Positions 25,485-37,291 of a stretch of DNA of 64,000 nt are shown here, one piece after another (the stretch's first letter is position 1; each line of letters opens with the position of its first letter). Position numbers and translations under genes: made by a program. The notes under the pieces are model-generated. The model was not told the DNA's origin, searched no databases, and saw nothing but the letters and a program-made list of their open reading frames with translations. The DNA comes from Octopus sinensis. Lineage: Eukaryota. The DNA lies in NCBI RefSeq assembly GCF_006345805.1, contig NC_042997.1:202368001-202432000 (forward strand). Direction: 5' to 3'.

Positions 25485-26565
25485 ACTTTTTCTATTCCTG
25501 AGCGTTATACTAATACATCTGTTTGTTTTGTACACCACCTGTCTTCGTCTTTTGTTTTTTTCGTAAACTCTCCCAATATACATATATATATATATATATA
25601 TATTTACACATACATATATAGATATGATGGGCTTCTTTCAATTTCCACCTACCAAATCCACTCTGAAGGTTTTTATCAGCCTGGGGCCATAGAAGACACC
25701 AGCACAATGTGTCACACCATTGGACTGAAACTGGAACCGTGTGGTTGGGGAAGTAGACTTCTTGCCACATAGTCATGCCGGAACCTATTTAGTTCACAGA
25801 AATCAAATTTATGTACATTTCTCTTAGTTTAAAAATAAAATCTATATTTGCAAAAATTTCACCTATATGTGTATCTATGTGTGTGTGTGCACTTGTGTGT
25901 TTCTGAATGTGTCCATATACATCTGTATTAGGAAAGATTTTAGTTCTGTCAACTTACTCTTCAAGTTATTTCTACATTTTGTATTGGTAGGAGTGATTTC
26001 TTTCTGCTTTTATTTTTTGAATTAGTCTCTCTTATCTCCACCACCACCACCACCCCAACTCCCTTTCTGTGCAATCTTTAACAATATTATTGCAATTTAT
26101 ATTTTCCATACTGTTCCTATCTTGAAATATTTTAAGCAACACTCTGTTATTTACCCCCCAATGTAATTTGCATACATTACTATAACAGATATAGCGACCA
26201 TTTCACACACGAAAGTGAAACAATAACCACACCTGGATTACTTTAGATTTCAGATTTGGTGTAAGGAAGAAGTCAGGGAGAGGCAGGGAAAAAAATCCCA
26301 CTTAATGACCTAGGCTTCAGTAAAACAATTGATTTGAATTAACTACAGAACGCACCTAATTTAGATTCATAACATTTGAATGGTGAATTAACTTAGACTT
26401 GATTTTCTTTGTGTACACTGGAACTGTAGGTACCATATTGGTGATGGCAGTAGGATTATGTGACCTCAAGGAACTCTGCTTGGTGTCTAAAGACACCCCA
26501 ATCACACTAACATGAAATCTGTAAAATCCAAATTAACATCTTTAATGTATTTCGTTTATGGATTT

Positions 26566-26757
26566 GGTTTGCAAGATTCTTTATATGAGTTCGTGTGTTG
26601 AAGCATATTCTATTGAGTCAAAACTATTGAAAAGGCTGCAAGACGCAAAGAAAATTTTAGGAAAATAAAAATAAGAAAAAAGTGGAAATTTTACCAGTGA
26701 GTGTGTTACACAATAAGGCACAAAAAGAAAATGACTTTCCCCAGACACAATAGAATC
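26566..26757 (+). mobile_element. Partially inverted copy of the 47303-47587 family
   Basis: Reverse-complemented tail (gatttggtttgcaag...tattg) fused to a sense copy starting agtcaaaactattgaaaagg. Confidence 0.75.
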
Positions 26758-28503
26758 TTTAATGTAGTAAGCCAAATAAATTCTAATTAATGAAGATTAC
26801 ACTAGAAGGAAGAGAAAAAATATTTTTAGCATAATAATTCTTTTGCATTTTTGCTGCAGGCCAACAATTTTTTAAGGGGTGGGGTCAATGTAGTCATTGA
26901 CCCCAGTATATGGCCAATACTTCATTGACCCTGAAAGGATGAAAGACAAAGTTGACCTCAGCAGAATTTGACGTCAATTTACGCTCTTTATGTAAATTGA
27001 CCTTCTGGCTCTTTAAGCAGGGTGTAAAGAACCGGAAGAAAAACATTCTGTCACTGCACTAAAAATTCTGCCAGTTTGTCACCTTTATGTTTAATAATTA
27101 ATTAATTCTTGATAATTAATTGTTGTTATGTAAGTTAGAGGAGACAACTTAGATGTTTTAATTAAATAACATTGATTTGTAAATTGAATGGAAGTATACA
27201 GTGTGGAGTAAATGTGGTCTTTAGTGAATATGGATGACAACTTTGAACATATTTTAGTCTTATTAAATCTCCTCAACATAGCATAATTTGTACAGGCACT
27301 TGCCACCTCTTGAGATGACTGAGAGATATAAATATTGAGTGGATAAATACTGAGTCTGTTGTGTATGACTACGAGGAGATTGTCATGGCATACTTCTGTT
27401 TTCTTGCCCCATTCTGCCTCTATAGTTTTGATCGTTCACTGGTTTCAGTCATTAGACTGCAGCCATGCTGGAGCACAGCTTTGAAAAATTTTAGTTGATT
27501 GAATTAACCCCAGTATATATTTTTAAGCCTAGTAATTATTCTATTGGACTCTTTTGCTAAACTGTTAAGTCATGGGGACATAAACACACCAACACCAGTT
27601 GTCAAACAGTGGTGAGGGGACAAACAAAGATACACATTTAAATATATAGAAGATATTTGCCCAAAGTGCCACACAGTGGGACTGAACCTGGAACCATATG
27701 GTTGGGAAGCAAGCTTCTTTCCACAGTCCCCAGCACAGACAAAATACAGACCTGAAATAAGTAGTAAGGGGCCAAGTGATCTAATCTTCTACAACCATCA
27801 CCCAGATTTGAGGTTCTGTAACCATGTTAAAAATCAATATTCTTTCTTTGGATTAATTTTCTTTCTTGTGGTGATTCCTTCTAATTTATTTTGGTGAAGT
27901 TTCACACAGCTAAATCTTTCAGCAAAGTATTACCATTATGACTTCACATTTTCTTTCCTCAAAATGCTTCTAGCCTAAAATTTGCTCTAATTGTCAGATC
28001 AGCCCTGATCAAGTGTTCTAAGTACAAGAATCTGCTTGTTTTCCTCTGAGCAGGGAACCCAAGACTTCATTATCAAATGTGCCCATCTTTAAGATGGTAA
28101 GGTGTAAATTGATGATTTAGCTGTTATTTCTAGCAGGTCAAGAATTCCTGTGGTCACAGGTCTGCTCATTTGAACAATAACAGCAAACTATTGCTAGCTA
28201 CATGTTTAAATTGGGAGTTCTGTGACTGTGTAAAAATGTGACAACTGCTTCTCTAATCAGCTTTAGATTTTTACTTCATTAATTGTAAAGTCTCATCATA
28301 GTATTCAAAAAGCATTATACGGAGGTGACAGGGATAAGCGGTGATGTGTATAAATACAAGCCTGTTACCAGTTCAGGTATGCTTGAAGCATGTTTGAACC
28401 TGTAAGAAAGCCATTCACTGTTCTTTGTCATGGAGAAATTTTTTCGTTTTAGGCAAATAGGTGTAAATACACCAAGGTAGTTCACTGCATTCCCTAACCA
28501 GAC

Positions 28504-28551
28504 TCTGGGATGCATGTGTTTCAGAGTCGTTATCTCCTCTTCAGTAACAGA
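28504..28551 (-). ncRNA. Degenerate type I hammerhead motif
   Basis: UCUGUUA-CUGAAGA-GGAG-AUAACGA-CUCU-GAAA-CACAUG-CA-UCCCAGA; U16.1C and 2 stem I mismatches. Confidence 0.5.
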
Positions 28552-28767
28552 CACCAAAACAGCTGATGTTATATGCTTAGACAAAAGACAGATCCCTCTT
28601 ATGATATTCCTGTCATCGTTCAATGTGGTGTTCCAAAAGTTCTCTATTGTCTGATGACTGGTTACATAAAACAGATATTCTATGCAGTACACTATTATAG
28701 ATCCATTTCAGCTTAAATATATCCCATTCTTTATTTGATATCTTTTATTTCTTTTTCTTTCCTTTAG

Positions 28768-29334
28768 GTGAAAGATAGTGGTCACAAACCGAAGAAAGGA
28801 ACGTCCAAAGTGACCGTAATGGTCAGTAACATGATGTGTGAAACGCCACTGTTTAACCAGGAGTTCTATTTTTTCTACCTCTCCCATAGTCCAGTTCCAG
28901 CTGACCACCCTCTTGGTTATATTGGATATGAGAAAAATGGATTTGATTCGATATCTGTCGATATGGAGAAATCTTCTGTGAAGGAGTTCTTTGTTTTTGA
29001 CGAACCGTTTGGCAAAAAAGTATTGTTAAAGAGCAAGAGGGAGATTTCGTTCAATGAAGTCCTTACGTCTCTGTCAGCGTTTCTAGTCACCCATAACCTG
29101 TTGCGTTTCTCCATCTTGATTTGCTCTTCGACTTCGGTACATTGCGCACGTAGCAGCATCTTTTTATCTTTGGAGCAGGTCAACAAGTTTGGGGACCAGA
29201 CAAAAACAGTTAATATTTCCGAGAACAATTCACCAAATGCTGTAGTTATTAATACAGGGCATTTCATGGGGAAACCAAATAGCATATACAGATTCGTTGA
29301 AAAATATCCAGATTTCAACATTCACCCAATAACG
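28768..29334 (+). CDS. Cadherin exon (567 nt, phase 0-0), includes a highly degenerate EC repeat
   Basis: Acceptor tttag at 28766-28767, donor gtaagt at 29335. VKDSGHKPKKGTSKVTVMV completes the previous repeat; ends TVNISEN...DFNIHPIT. Confidence 0.88.
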
Positions 29335-29808
29335 GTAAGTACATTTTTGTTTAAATTTACCAATCTAGTTACATAGCATCTCAGTAAAAAAAAAAAAAAC
29401 TCTTCGTTATCTATCAACAAAGCATCTTTATCTTTGTTATCTATTCGCAAAACACTTTTATCATCATTATATGTCAACAAATTCACATCTGTTTTCGTTA
29501 TCTGTCTATAAAACACATCTTTGTGACTATGTTTGTATGTTAACTGGCTGATTATTTGTGTTAATAAGTTTCATTTTTGTAAGAAGAATCATAACAGTGA
29601 TTATGAAATGTTTTACTGGATTTTAACTTTATAAACAAATTTAAATGGATAAATGATCAGGTTTGGTTTTGTTGAGACAAACCTGTTATATGGAAATAAG
29701 ATGTGTATGATTAGAACCAAAGGATATATAGAAACAAAAGTTCCAATTTCATTGGTTTAAGAGGCAACAAATAGGAATACTAAAACAACAAATTAAATTG
29801 AAGTTTTA

Positions 29809-29839
<31 letters not shown>

Positions 29840-29843
<4 letters not shown>

Positions 29844-30170
29844 CTTATAAAACAAGGGCAAAAGAAAAAATTCTAATGCCAAATATGCCAAAAATAGACA
29901 AATTGTCAATAACCATTATAATTTATCACTATTAACATGCGTCTCAAAACTAGCCGACAGAAATTTCTAAAAAATTCCGTTATTACCGTATTGGTCCCAA
30001 TTTCAGAGTTAATTCATAAGAAATTTCTCCTATTGGCATTAGAATTTTTTCTTTTGTCCTTGTTTTATAAGTTATTTATAAATTTAACCTTTAAAGGTAT
30101 TTTTTAATATGCTGGCCATTGATATAATTTTTTTCGAAAAATTGTGTCCTATATTAGATATAAATTTAAT
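29840..30170. mobile_element. Partially inverted PLE-pLTR-like element
   Basis: Arms 29840-29885 / 30031-30075 enclose an antisense, truncated copy of the 30671-30950 element. Confidence 0.7.
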
Positions 30171-30274
30171 AGTGTTCACTTCCGGACTCTCTCATTTGGG
30201 GTACTTAGGTCTGCTCATGATTTAGTGCTTGCTTTTTCCATGGGTATGAGTATTTCATTTATGTCTTACCAGAA

Positions 30275-30666
30275 TCGAAATCGATCAATGAAAATCGATC
30301 AATGGAAATTGCAGATGTGTTACCAGTGCCGGTGGCATGTAAGAGAACCTTCCGTTTTGCGACCGTTGCCAGCACCGCCCCGTTTCGTGTCCGTTGTCAG
30401 CCTCGCCTGGCCCTCGTGCTGGTGGCACATAAAAAGAACCATCCGTTCGTGGCCGTTTGCCAGCTCTGTCTGGCACCTGTGCGGGTGGCACGTAAAAAGC
30501 ACCCACTACACTCTCGGAGTGGTTGGCGTTAGGAAATGCATCCAGCCGTAGAAACACTGCCAGATTTGACTGGGCCTGATGAAGCCTTCTGGCTTCACAG
30601 ACCCCAGTAGAACCGTCCAACCCATGCTAGCATGGAAAACGGACGCTAAACGATGATGATGATGAT
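30275..30666 (+). mobile_element. Family 'E' repeat (RTE 3' UTR) with (TGA)n tail
   Basis: VNTR block, aaaagcacccactacactctcggagtggttggcgttagg body, tail aaacgatgatgatgatg. Many further copies, e.g. 40555-41017, 48570-48898, 54030-54662, 55320-55660. Confidence 0.85.
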
Positions 30667-30670
30667 GTAT

Positions 30671-30950
30671 TTATCACTGACGAGGAGAAAATTCTTATGA
30701 ATTAACTCTGAAATTGGAACCAATACAGTAATAACGGAATTTTTTAGAAATTTCTGTCAGCTAGTTTCGAGACGCATGTTAATAGTGATAAATTATAATG
30801 GTTATTGACGATTTGTCTATATTTGGCATTAGAATTTTTTCTTTTGATCTTGTTTTATAAGTTATTTATAAATTTAACCTTTAAAGCTATTTTTTAATAT
30901 GCTGGCCATTGATAAAAAATTTTTTCGAAAAATTGTATCCTATATTAGAT
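30671..30950 (+). mobile_element. PLE-pLTR-like element beginning with a hammerhead motif
   Basis: CUGACGA-GGAG...CUCU-GAAA-UUGG-AA-CCAA-UA-CAGUAAUAA at 30677-30734; downstream part nearly identical to 30033-30170. Confidence 0.65.
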
Positions 30951-31008
30951 ATATATATTTATATATTACTTATTTACTGTGACAATGTAAACTATGTTGA
31001 GGTAACAA

Positions 31009-31091
31009 AGACCAGAAGATTAGCTAAGCTTCTCTGTGATCATCATTTTTTGTGTAAAAAACCTCAACTTGTTATGAAACATTTGTAGTCT
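31009..31091 (+). ncRNA. Degenerate hammerhead, same layout as 18816-18919
   Basis: AGAC-CAGAAGA-U-UAGC...GUUA-U-GAAA-CAUUUG-UA-GUCU; U4A. Confidence 0.45.
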
Positions 31092-32076
31092 GTATTTTAC
31101 CTGTTCCACTCCTTTGCTTTTTGATTTTCATTCACATTCTTAGTGCACTACTTACTAAATTGTGAGTTGTGTGGAGACTGTCAGCTCATTGAAATTCCCT
31201 TTAACTTCAATATGGGAAGTAGTATATAACTTGCAATACTAATAAATATATTTTATCATATATTGTCCAATTTCTGCCATTTATACCAGCCGCCTGAATG
31301 GTTGAAGCTTATTAACTTTGCTACACTTAGTATAACGGTGTGGGTACTAGTGCCACATAAAAAGCATACAGCACATGCTGTAGAGTGGTTGGCACTAGGA
31401 AGGGCATTCAGCTATAGAAACCAGGCTAAACAAACTATGGGACCTGGTGCAGCCCCTGGCCTTGCCAGTTCCCGTCAGGCCATCCAACACATGCCAGCAT
31501 GGAAAACAGATATTAGATTTTGATGATGATGCTGATGATATTTATATATATATATCATGCCAAATCAGGCTGAAGTCTGGTGCAGCCTTCCAGCTTACCA
31601 ACCCTGTCAGACTGTTCAACCCGTGCCAGTATGGACAACATATGCTAAATGATGATGCTGATGATGATGATATCAATATATCAAATGTGTGTGTGTGTAT
31701 GTGTTGTTTATTTTTTTTTTTTTTCAATAGCTTTTGGATATTTTTGTAAAATTTTTGAGCTGCCAGCTATTTTTGTTAACCTGATTGTTAATTCATTTCA
31801 GTTGCAATTTCTTCCTTTTCAGATATAGAAAAGACAACATTTTTAACCCTATGAGGGCTTAACTGATTTTCTTTTTCTGTAAATCCTGAAGAAACTTCAA
31901 AATGTTATTGTTGTCAAAGTGGCACTAACATTTCCAAAATTCCAGTCTTCTGTATTATTAATGAAATTAGAAGTAAATAAAATAGAAGAGATCCAATATA
32001 TGTGAAAAATTAAATATTTTGAAGAACGACTTTTTACAACATTTAGTAACTTGTATTTACTTTCACTTTTGAACAG

Positions 32077-32184
32077 GGTGTCATAACTACAAATAGAAGT
32101 TTTGATCGGGAAGCTGGCGATCGCCGGTTTATTATAAGAGTTGAAGCCATTAGTGATGCTGAAGATTCTTGCCGCAATATTGAG
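32077..32184 (+). CDS. Cadherin exon (108 nt, phase 0-0)
   Basis: Acceptor aacag 32075-32076, donor gtttgc 32185. GVITTNRSFDREAGDRRFIIRVEAISDAEDSCRNIE contains the (L/F)DRE motif. Confidence 0.88.
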
Positions 32185-33997
32185 GTTTGCATTAATTTTC
32201 TTGTTTCTATAAAATTTATTAATTAATTAACAAATATTCTACTTACATTCTTCCAATTATATTTATTAGTTCCTGTTATTCTTACCAATATTTCAACAAT
32301 TTCATATATTATATATTAGTGATTCTATTTAGTTTGCAGCTGCAGAGACATTAACCAATTGGTTAATGGCACCACAGAAAATTGGAATTGTGACTTTCCC
32401 AGTTAAATTATTGATTTGATATGAGTGAAAAGATACAGTGCCTCAACTAAGAATCAAAATGCCCAAACAAAAAGACCCCTATGTTGGCAGTAAGGTGTAA
32501 ATATCGCAGGGCCAGTTTGTATAACGCCTTAAAGGCTTAGTGTACTTGTACTAAACATTCCTATCTTCTTGATGAGAAATTCTAAATGAAAGCTAGAATA
32601 AAATCACAGATGGAATAGCTCAGAAACAGAAGAAATTATGTTGGTATGAGTGAAAGCAACTTTAAAAACTATGATCTGAATTACTAATCTAGTTTCAGGA
32701 ATGAGGAAAAGAGAAATGCCACAGACTTATGCACTTATTTCTGTAGTTGGAGGAATGATGTATTGACAGTTATGGCATTAACTGTTTAATGATTGATCAT
32801 AGAACACCATTCATCATCATCATCATTTAACGTCCGCTTTCCATGCTAGCATGGGTTGGACGATTTTGACTGAAGGCTGACGAGCCAGATGGCTGCACCA
32901 GGCTCCAATTTTGATCTGGCAGAGTTTCTACAGCTGGATGCTCTTCCTAACGCCAACCACTCCAATAGTCTAGTGGGTGCTTTTTACGTTCCACTGGCAC
33001 GGGGGCCAGTCAGGCAGTACTGGCAATGACCTCACTCGAATCTTTTTACACATGCCAGTGAGGCGACGTTGGTAACGATCACGTTCGAATGGTGCCCTTG
33101 TACGTGCCACGGGTACGGAAGCCAGTTGGATGCTCTGGCAACGATCACACTCGGATGGTGCTCTTGGCACCCTACTAGCACAGGCATAAGTGCCAGTAAG
33201 GCGATGCTGGTAACGATCATACTTGAATAACCATTATTTAAATAAAACAAAACAAAGCCATATATGTATGGTTGAGAAATCCATCATATTAACAAGACTA
33301 ACTCTTACTTGAGAGAGAAAGATACGGGTGATGTCAATGGTACAAGCCATGACAGAGAAGTAGAACTGGACTGAGGTACCAGGTTTGGAGAAAAAAGAGC
33401 AGCTGAATGTTGGCAGCACATTGTCCTGAATCTCTGAATACTGATGAAAAAAATGTTAACATTGGACATGTTTATTAGTTGATCGTTAATACAATCTCTG
33501 AGGATTGCTTATTGTTGTAAGAAACTTGAAGTTATGCAAATTTAGTCAACTTTAACAATTAATAGTGGCTGAATGGTTAGGGCATTCAGCTCACGATTGC
33601 AAGGTTGGGAGTTCAATTCCCGGTGACGCATTGTCTCCTTTAGCAAGACACTTTATTTCACATTGCTCCAGTCCACTCAGCTGGCAAAAATGAGTTGTAC
33701 TTGTATTTCAAAGGGCTGGCCTTATCACACTCTTTGTCACGCTGAATCTCCCTGAGAACTACATTAGGGGTACATGTGTCGGTGGATTGCTCAGTCACTT
33801 GCATGTTAATTTCACAAGTAAGCTGTTCCATTGATCGTATCAGCTGGGACCCTCGACATCGTAACCGACAGAGTGTTCCTATATATATATATATATAAAG
33901 TTAATCCAAACAAGAAAACAGAAAAAAACACAACAACGCGAGGACCTGGAACAAATATAGTATTATTGGACGCTCAGGAAAGAAAGGAAGAAGGAGG

Positions 33998-34032
33998 GTT
34001 TAACATTTTGAGCGGAGCTCTTTGTCGGAAAC
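33998..34032 (-). ncRNA. CpG-decayed minimal hammerhead-like motif
   Basis: GUUU-CCGACAA-A-GAG-CUCCG-CUC-AAAA-UG-UU-AAAC; reverting three CpG-type transitions gives CCGACGA...GAAA-CG-UU. Confidence 0.4.
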
Positions 34033-34198
34033 ATAGAAGGAAAGATCCCGAGAAGGGAAGACAGAGGAAAAAAAATCGCCAACAGTACACACGAGGTCGA
34101 AATGTTAGCATTGGACATATTTATTATCATCATCTACGGAGATATACTTACATAGCAAGTGACCTGATCTGAAATTGTGTGCTTAAACAAAAACAATA

Positions 34199-34454
34199 GC
34201 AGTGTGGAAGGTATTTATAAGACATTTAAAAACACACAAAAACCGTTAGATTTACTTCAGCATTGAAATTTAATTTGTTAAAATACTTTTGTCACTTTGA
34301 AACCGTGACCTGTTCACTGACAAAATTCTGTGCTGCACAGAATTTTGTCAGTGAACAGGTCGCGGTTTCAAAGTGATGAAAGTATTTAAATGTTGAAGTG
34401 AATCTAATGGCTTTTGTGTGTTTTTAAATGGCTTATAAACACCTTCCACGCTGC
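34199..34454. mobile_element. Near-perfect palindromic element (centre 34334) carrying a G3-C8 hammerhead-like motif on each arm
   Basis: gcagtgtggaagg...ctgtgc-t-gcacag...ccttccacgctgc; motif at 34344-34387 (+) and 34274-34325 (-). Confidence 0.8.
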
Positions 34455-34653
34455 AATTATATATATATTCTCTTGAATTTATTTTCTTTTGCAGAATTCA
34501 AGCCAGTCACTTACAAAGTGACAAGACTTTCTTTGATGAAGTCATGACAGCACTTTGGGGTTTGTGTATATGCGAATTGCTTGGTGTTCGCATATATGTA
34601 TTTGTGTGTGTGAGGATGAACTTGCTGTCGTGCATACATGTGTATGCGTGAGC

Positions 34654-34685
<32 letters not shown>

Positions 34686-34749
34686 GCTGTAGTCAATTGA
34701 CTGAAACAAGTAAAAGAATATACCTATACATATATAGAGACTTATATTG

Positions 34750-34796
34750 TGTGTGTATATATATGTATGTATATATATATTTATGTATATATATAT

Positions 34797-34844
<48 letters not shown>

Positions 34845-35241
34845 GTATGTATATATATAGATAATATATGTATGTATATATATATATAATATATATGTAT
34901 ATATTTATGTATATATATATATCGACATACATATGTATATACATTCATATATATATATATATATACATATGTACATACATTCATCTATATTTATATGTAA
35001 GCATGTGTATGTATACATATGTGTATATATATATATATATATATAGTATATATATATATATTATATATGTATATATTTATGTATATATATATATATCGAC
35101 ATACATATGTATATACATTCATATATATATATATATACATATGTATATACATTCATCTATATTTATATGTAAGCATGTGTATGTATACATATGTGTGTGT
35201 GTATATATATATATATATATACATATACATGTGTGTGTATG

Positions 35242-35278
<37 letters not shown>

Positions 35279-35280
35279 AT
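34750..35280. repeat. Large compound (AT)/(GT) microsatellite with an internally duplicated ~175-bp cassette
   Basis: atcgacatacatatgtatatacattc...gtaagcatgtg occurs near 34921 and 35096. Further large AT/ATGT tracts at 35540-35712 and 37057-37310. Confidence 0.9.
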
Positions 35281-35714
35281 TCTTTCCTCTATTATTCACA
35301 TATATAATAAGTGTTGAGGATTTGATGTTTAAAATTTGTCAGGTTTTTTTATGACTTATCATTATTCCAAACCCCACTTACCACTTATTTTTTCCATTTT
35401 TTATTTTTAACCAATCTATTTCCTTTAGATATAGTTTCAGAGAATCGTTTCTCGTTTTAACTAATCTTCTCTTCCTTTTACAATCATTTCTTATGTGATG
35501 CAAACAGTTACAGACTCAAGTATTTATTGTGAAAGGAAATGAAATATTATATTAGCATCTACAGAACCATTATATATATTATATATATATATATATATAT
35601 TATATATATTATTATATATAATGTGTGTGTGTATATATATATATGTATGTATATATATGTATATATATGTTATATATATACATATAAATGTGTGTGTGTA
35701 TATATATATATGTA

Positions 35715-37057
35715 TCCTTAAATCCTTAAAATCCTTAAAATGTTTTAGCCCGAAGGCCGCGCCATGCTGGGCACCACCGCTGAATGAGCCACACTAGTTT
35801 GTGAATCCACCTCTGATACGTGGCACTTGATCAACAAGGGAGTTCGATGCTGCTGCCCGCATCCGTGTCTCCTGTCGTGAGGTAGGTTCATCTGGGACTC
35901 CCAACAAGAAGAGATCCAGTTTAGTTTTAAAGAACCCACATCCACACCATGTAAGTCTCTCAGGCATTAGGGAGGATGTTGAAAAGCTGTGGTCCTCTGA
36001 AACCCAAGCTGTTGCAGTTATCTGGACCTGTATTTTGATGGTGATGTTGGAATCCTGGCAGCACCACGCAGCGGCGCCCCGTCTGGGTTGGAGTAACTTT
36101 GAATGCCAAGTTTGGATAAGACCCTCCAGGATTTTTCCAGATGTATATTACTGCATATCTCTCCCGCCTCCGCTCCAGGGAGAAGAGGTTTAATACCTTC
36201 AGTCTTTCCCAGTAGCTGACATTTTGCATTGAGACGATTTTCTTTGTGTAGCTTCTCTGAGTTGCTTCGAGTTCTGCTGTTTGTTTTATATTGTGTGGTG
36301 ACCAAAGTTGGGAGCAGTAGTCCAAGCGGCTGAGGACAAATGTTTTCCATGGGACCATCAGTGTCTCCTTCTCTCTTGTTCTGAAAGTTCGGAGAATCCA
36401 TCCAGCTAGCCGTCTGCATTTTATCACCAGATTAGCATATGCATTTGAAAGATGCATCATTGCTCATGTCAATGCCCAGGTCACGCACTGATTTTGACTC
36501 AGGGATTGCAATTCTTCCTGGGCCAGTGTATCCAGTCTTCACGTCATTTACCTTTGTGTGCCAGTAGCGCAGGGCCTGGAACTTACCTGCATTAAACTGC
36601 ATGTGTGTTGTCCTCAGCCCACCTGTATATTGTTTGTCCAGCTCATGTTGCAGATGCGCAATATTTTCAGGGTTCTGTATTGCGTGGGAGACCTTTGTGT
36701 CATCTGCATAGCTAGCAAGGGTGGTCATCGTAGCAACTGAAGGCATGTCTGAAAGGGCCACTATGAACATCAGTGGCCCCAAGACAGTGCCCTGTGGGAC
36801 ACCGCTTGTTATTTGTGTTTCCCTGGAGGTGGCTCCATTGCTCACACTGCCTGTTTTCTGTCTTTTAGGAAGTTGTGCAGCCACTCTCCAAGTTTCCCGC
36901 CTATGCCGAGACCACGCAGTTTGTGACAGATCATACCAGGTCGACTTTATCAAAGGCTTTTGCAAAGTCAAGATATATTACATCCACATTTGAGCCATTT
37001 AGTAGCTGTTTCAACACCCAGTCATAGTGTTGCAGGAGCTGTGTTAGGCAGCCTCTG
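35715..37057 (-). mobile_element. 5'-truncated CR1-clade LINE with frameshifted RT and (TTTAAGGA)n tail
   Basis: CLTQLL...[48 protein letters not shown] spread over several frames; octamer tail at 35715-35740. Confidence 0.9.
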
Positions 37058-37255
37058 TATATATATGTATATATATATGTATATATATATACATATAAAT
37101 GTGTGTGTGTATATATATATATATGTATGTATATATATGTATATATGTATGTATATATATGTATGTGTATATATGTATGTATATATATGTATGTGTATAT
37201 ATGTATGTGTATATATGTATGTATATATATGTATGTATGTATATATGTATGTATG

Positions 37256-37291
<36 letters not shown>

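Noticed and set aside
28302-28376. Possible extra 75-nt cadherin exon (..TEVTGISGDVYKYKPV..)
   Set aside because: It would be phase 1-1, incompatible with the phase 0 junction 9309/28768, which already gives a seamless repeat.
28315-28692. Minus-strand 125-aa ORF with faint kinase-like EEEITTLKHMHPRV
   Set aside because: No other kinase motifs and no splice support; the segment coincides with a hammerhead core.
28917-29321. Antisense 134-aa ORF
   Set aside because: Shadow frame of the cadherin exon with no recognisable domain.
30570-30600. CUGAUGA-AGCC-ttct-GGCT in family E repeats
   Set aside because: Followed by TCAC, not GAAA; no stem I or III.
32586-32618. Hammerhead-like UUC-UUGAUGA...GAAA-GC-UA-GAA
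   Set aside because: Stem II is only about 3 A-U pairs and stem I 3 bp in AT-rich sequence; compatible with chance.
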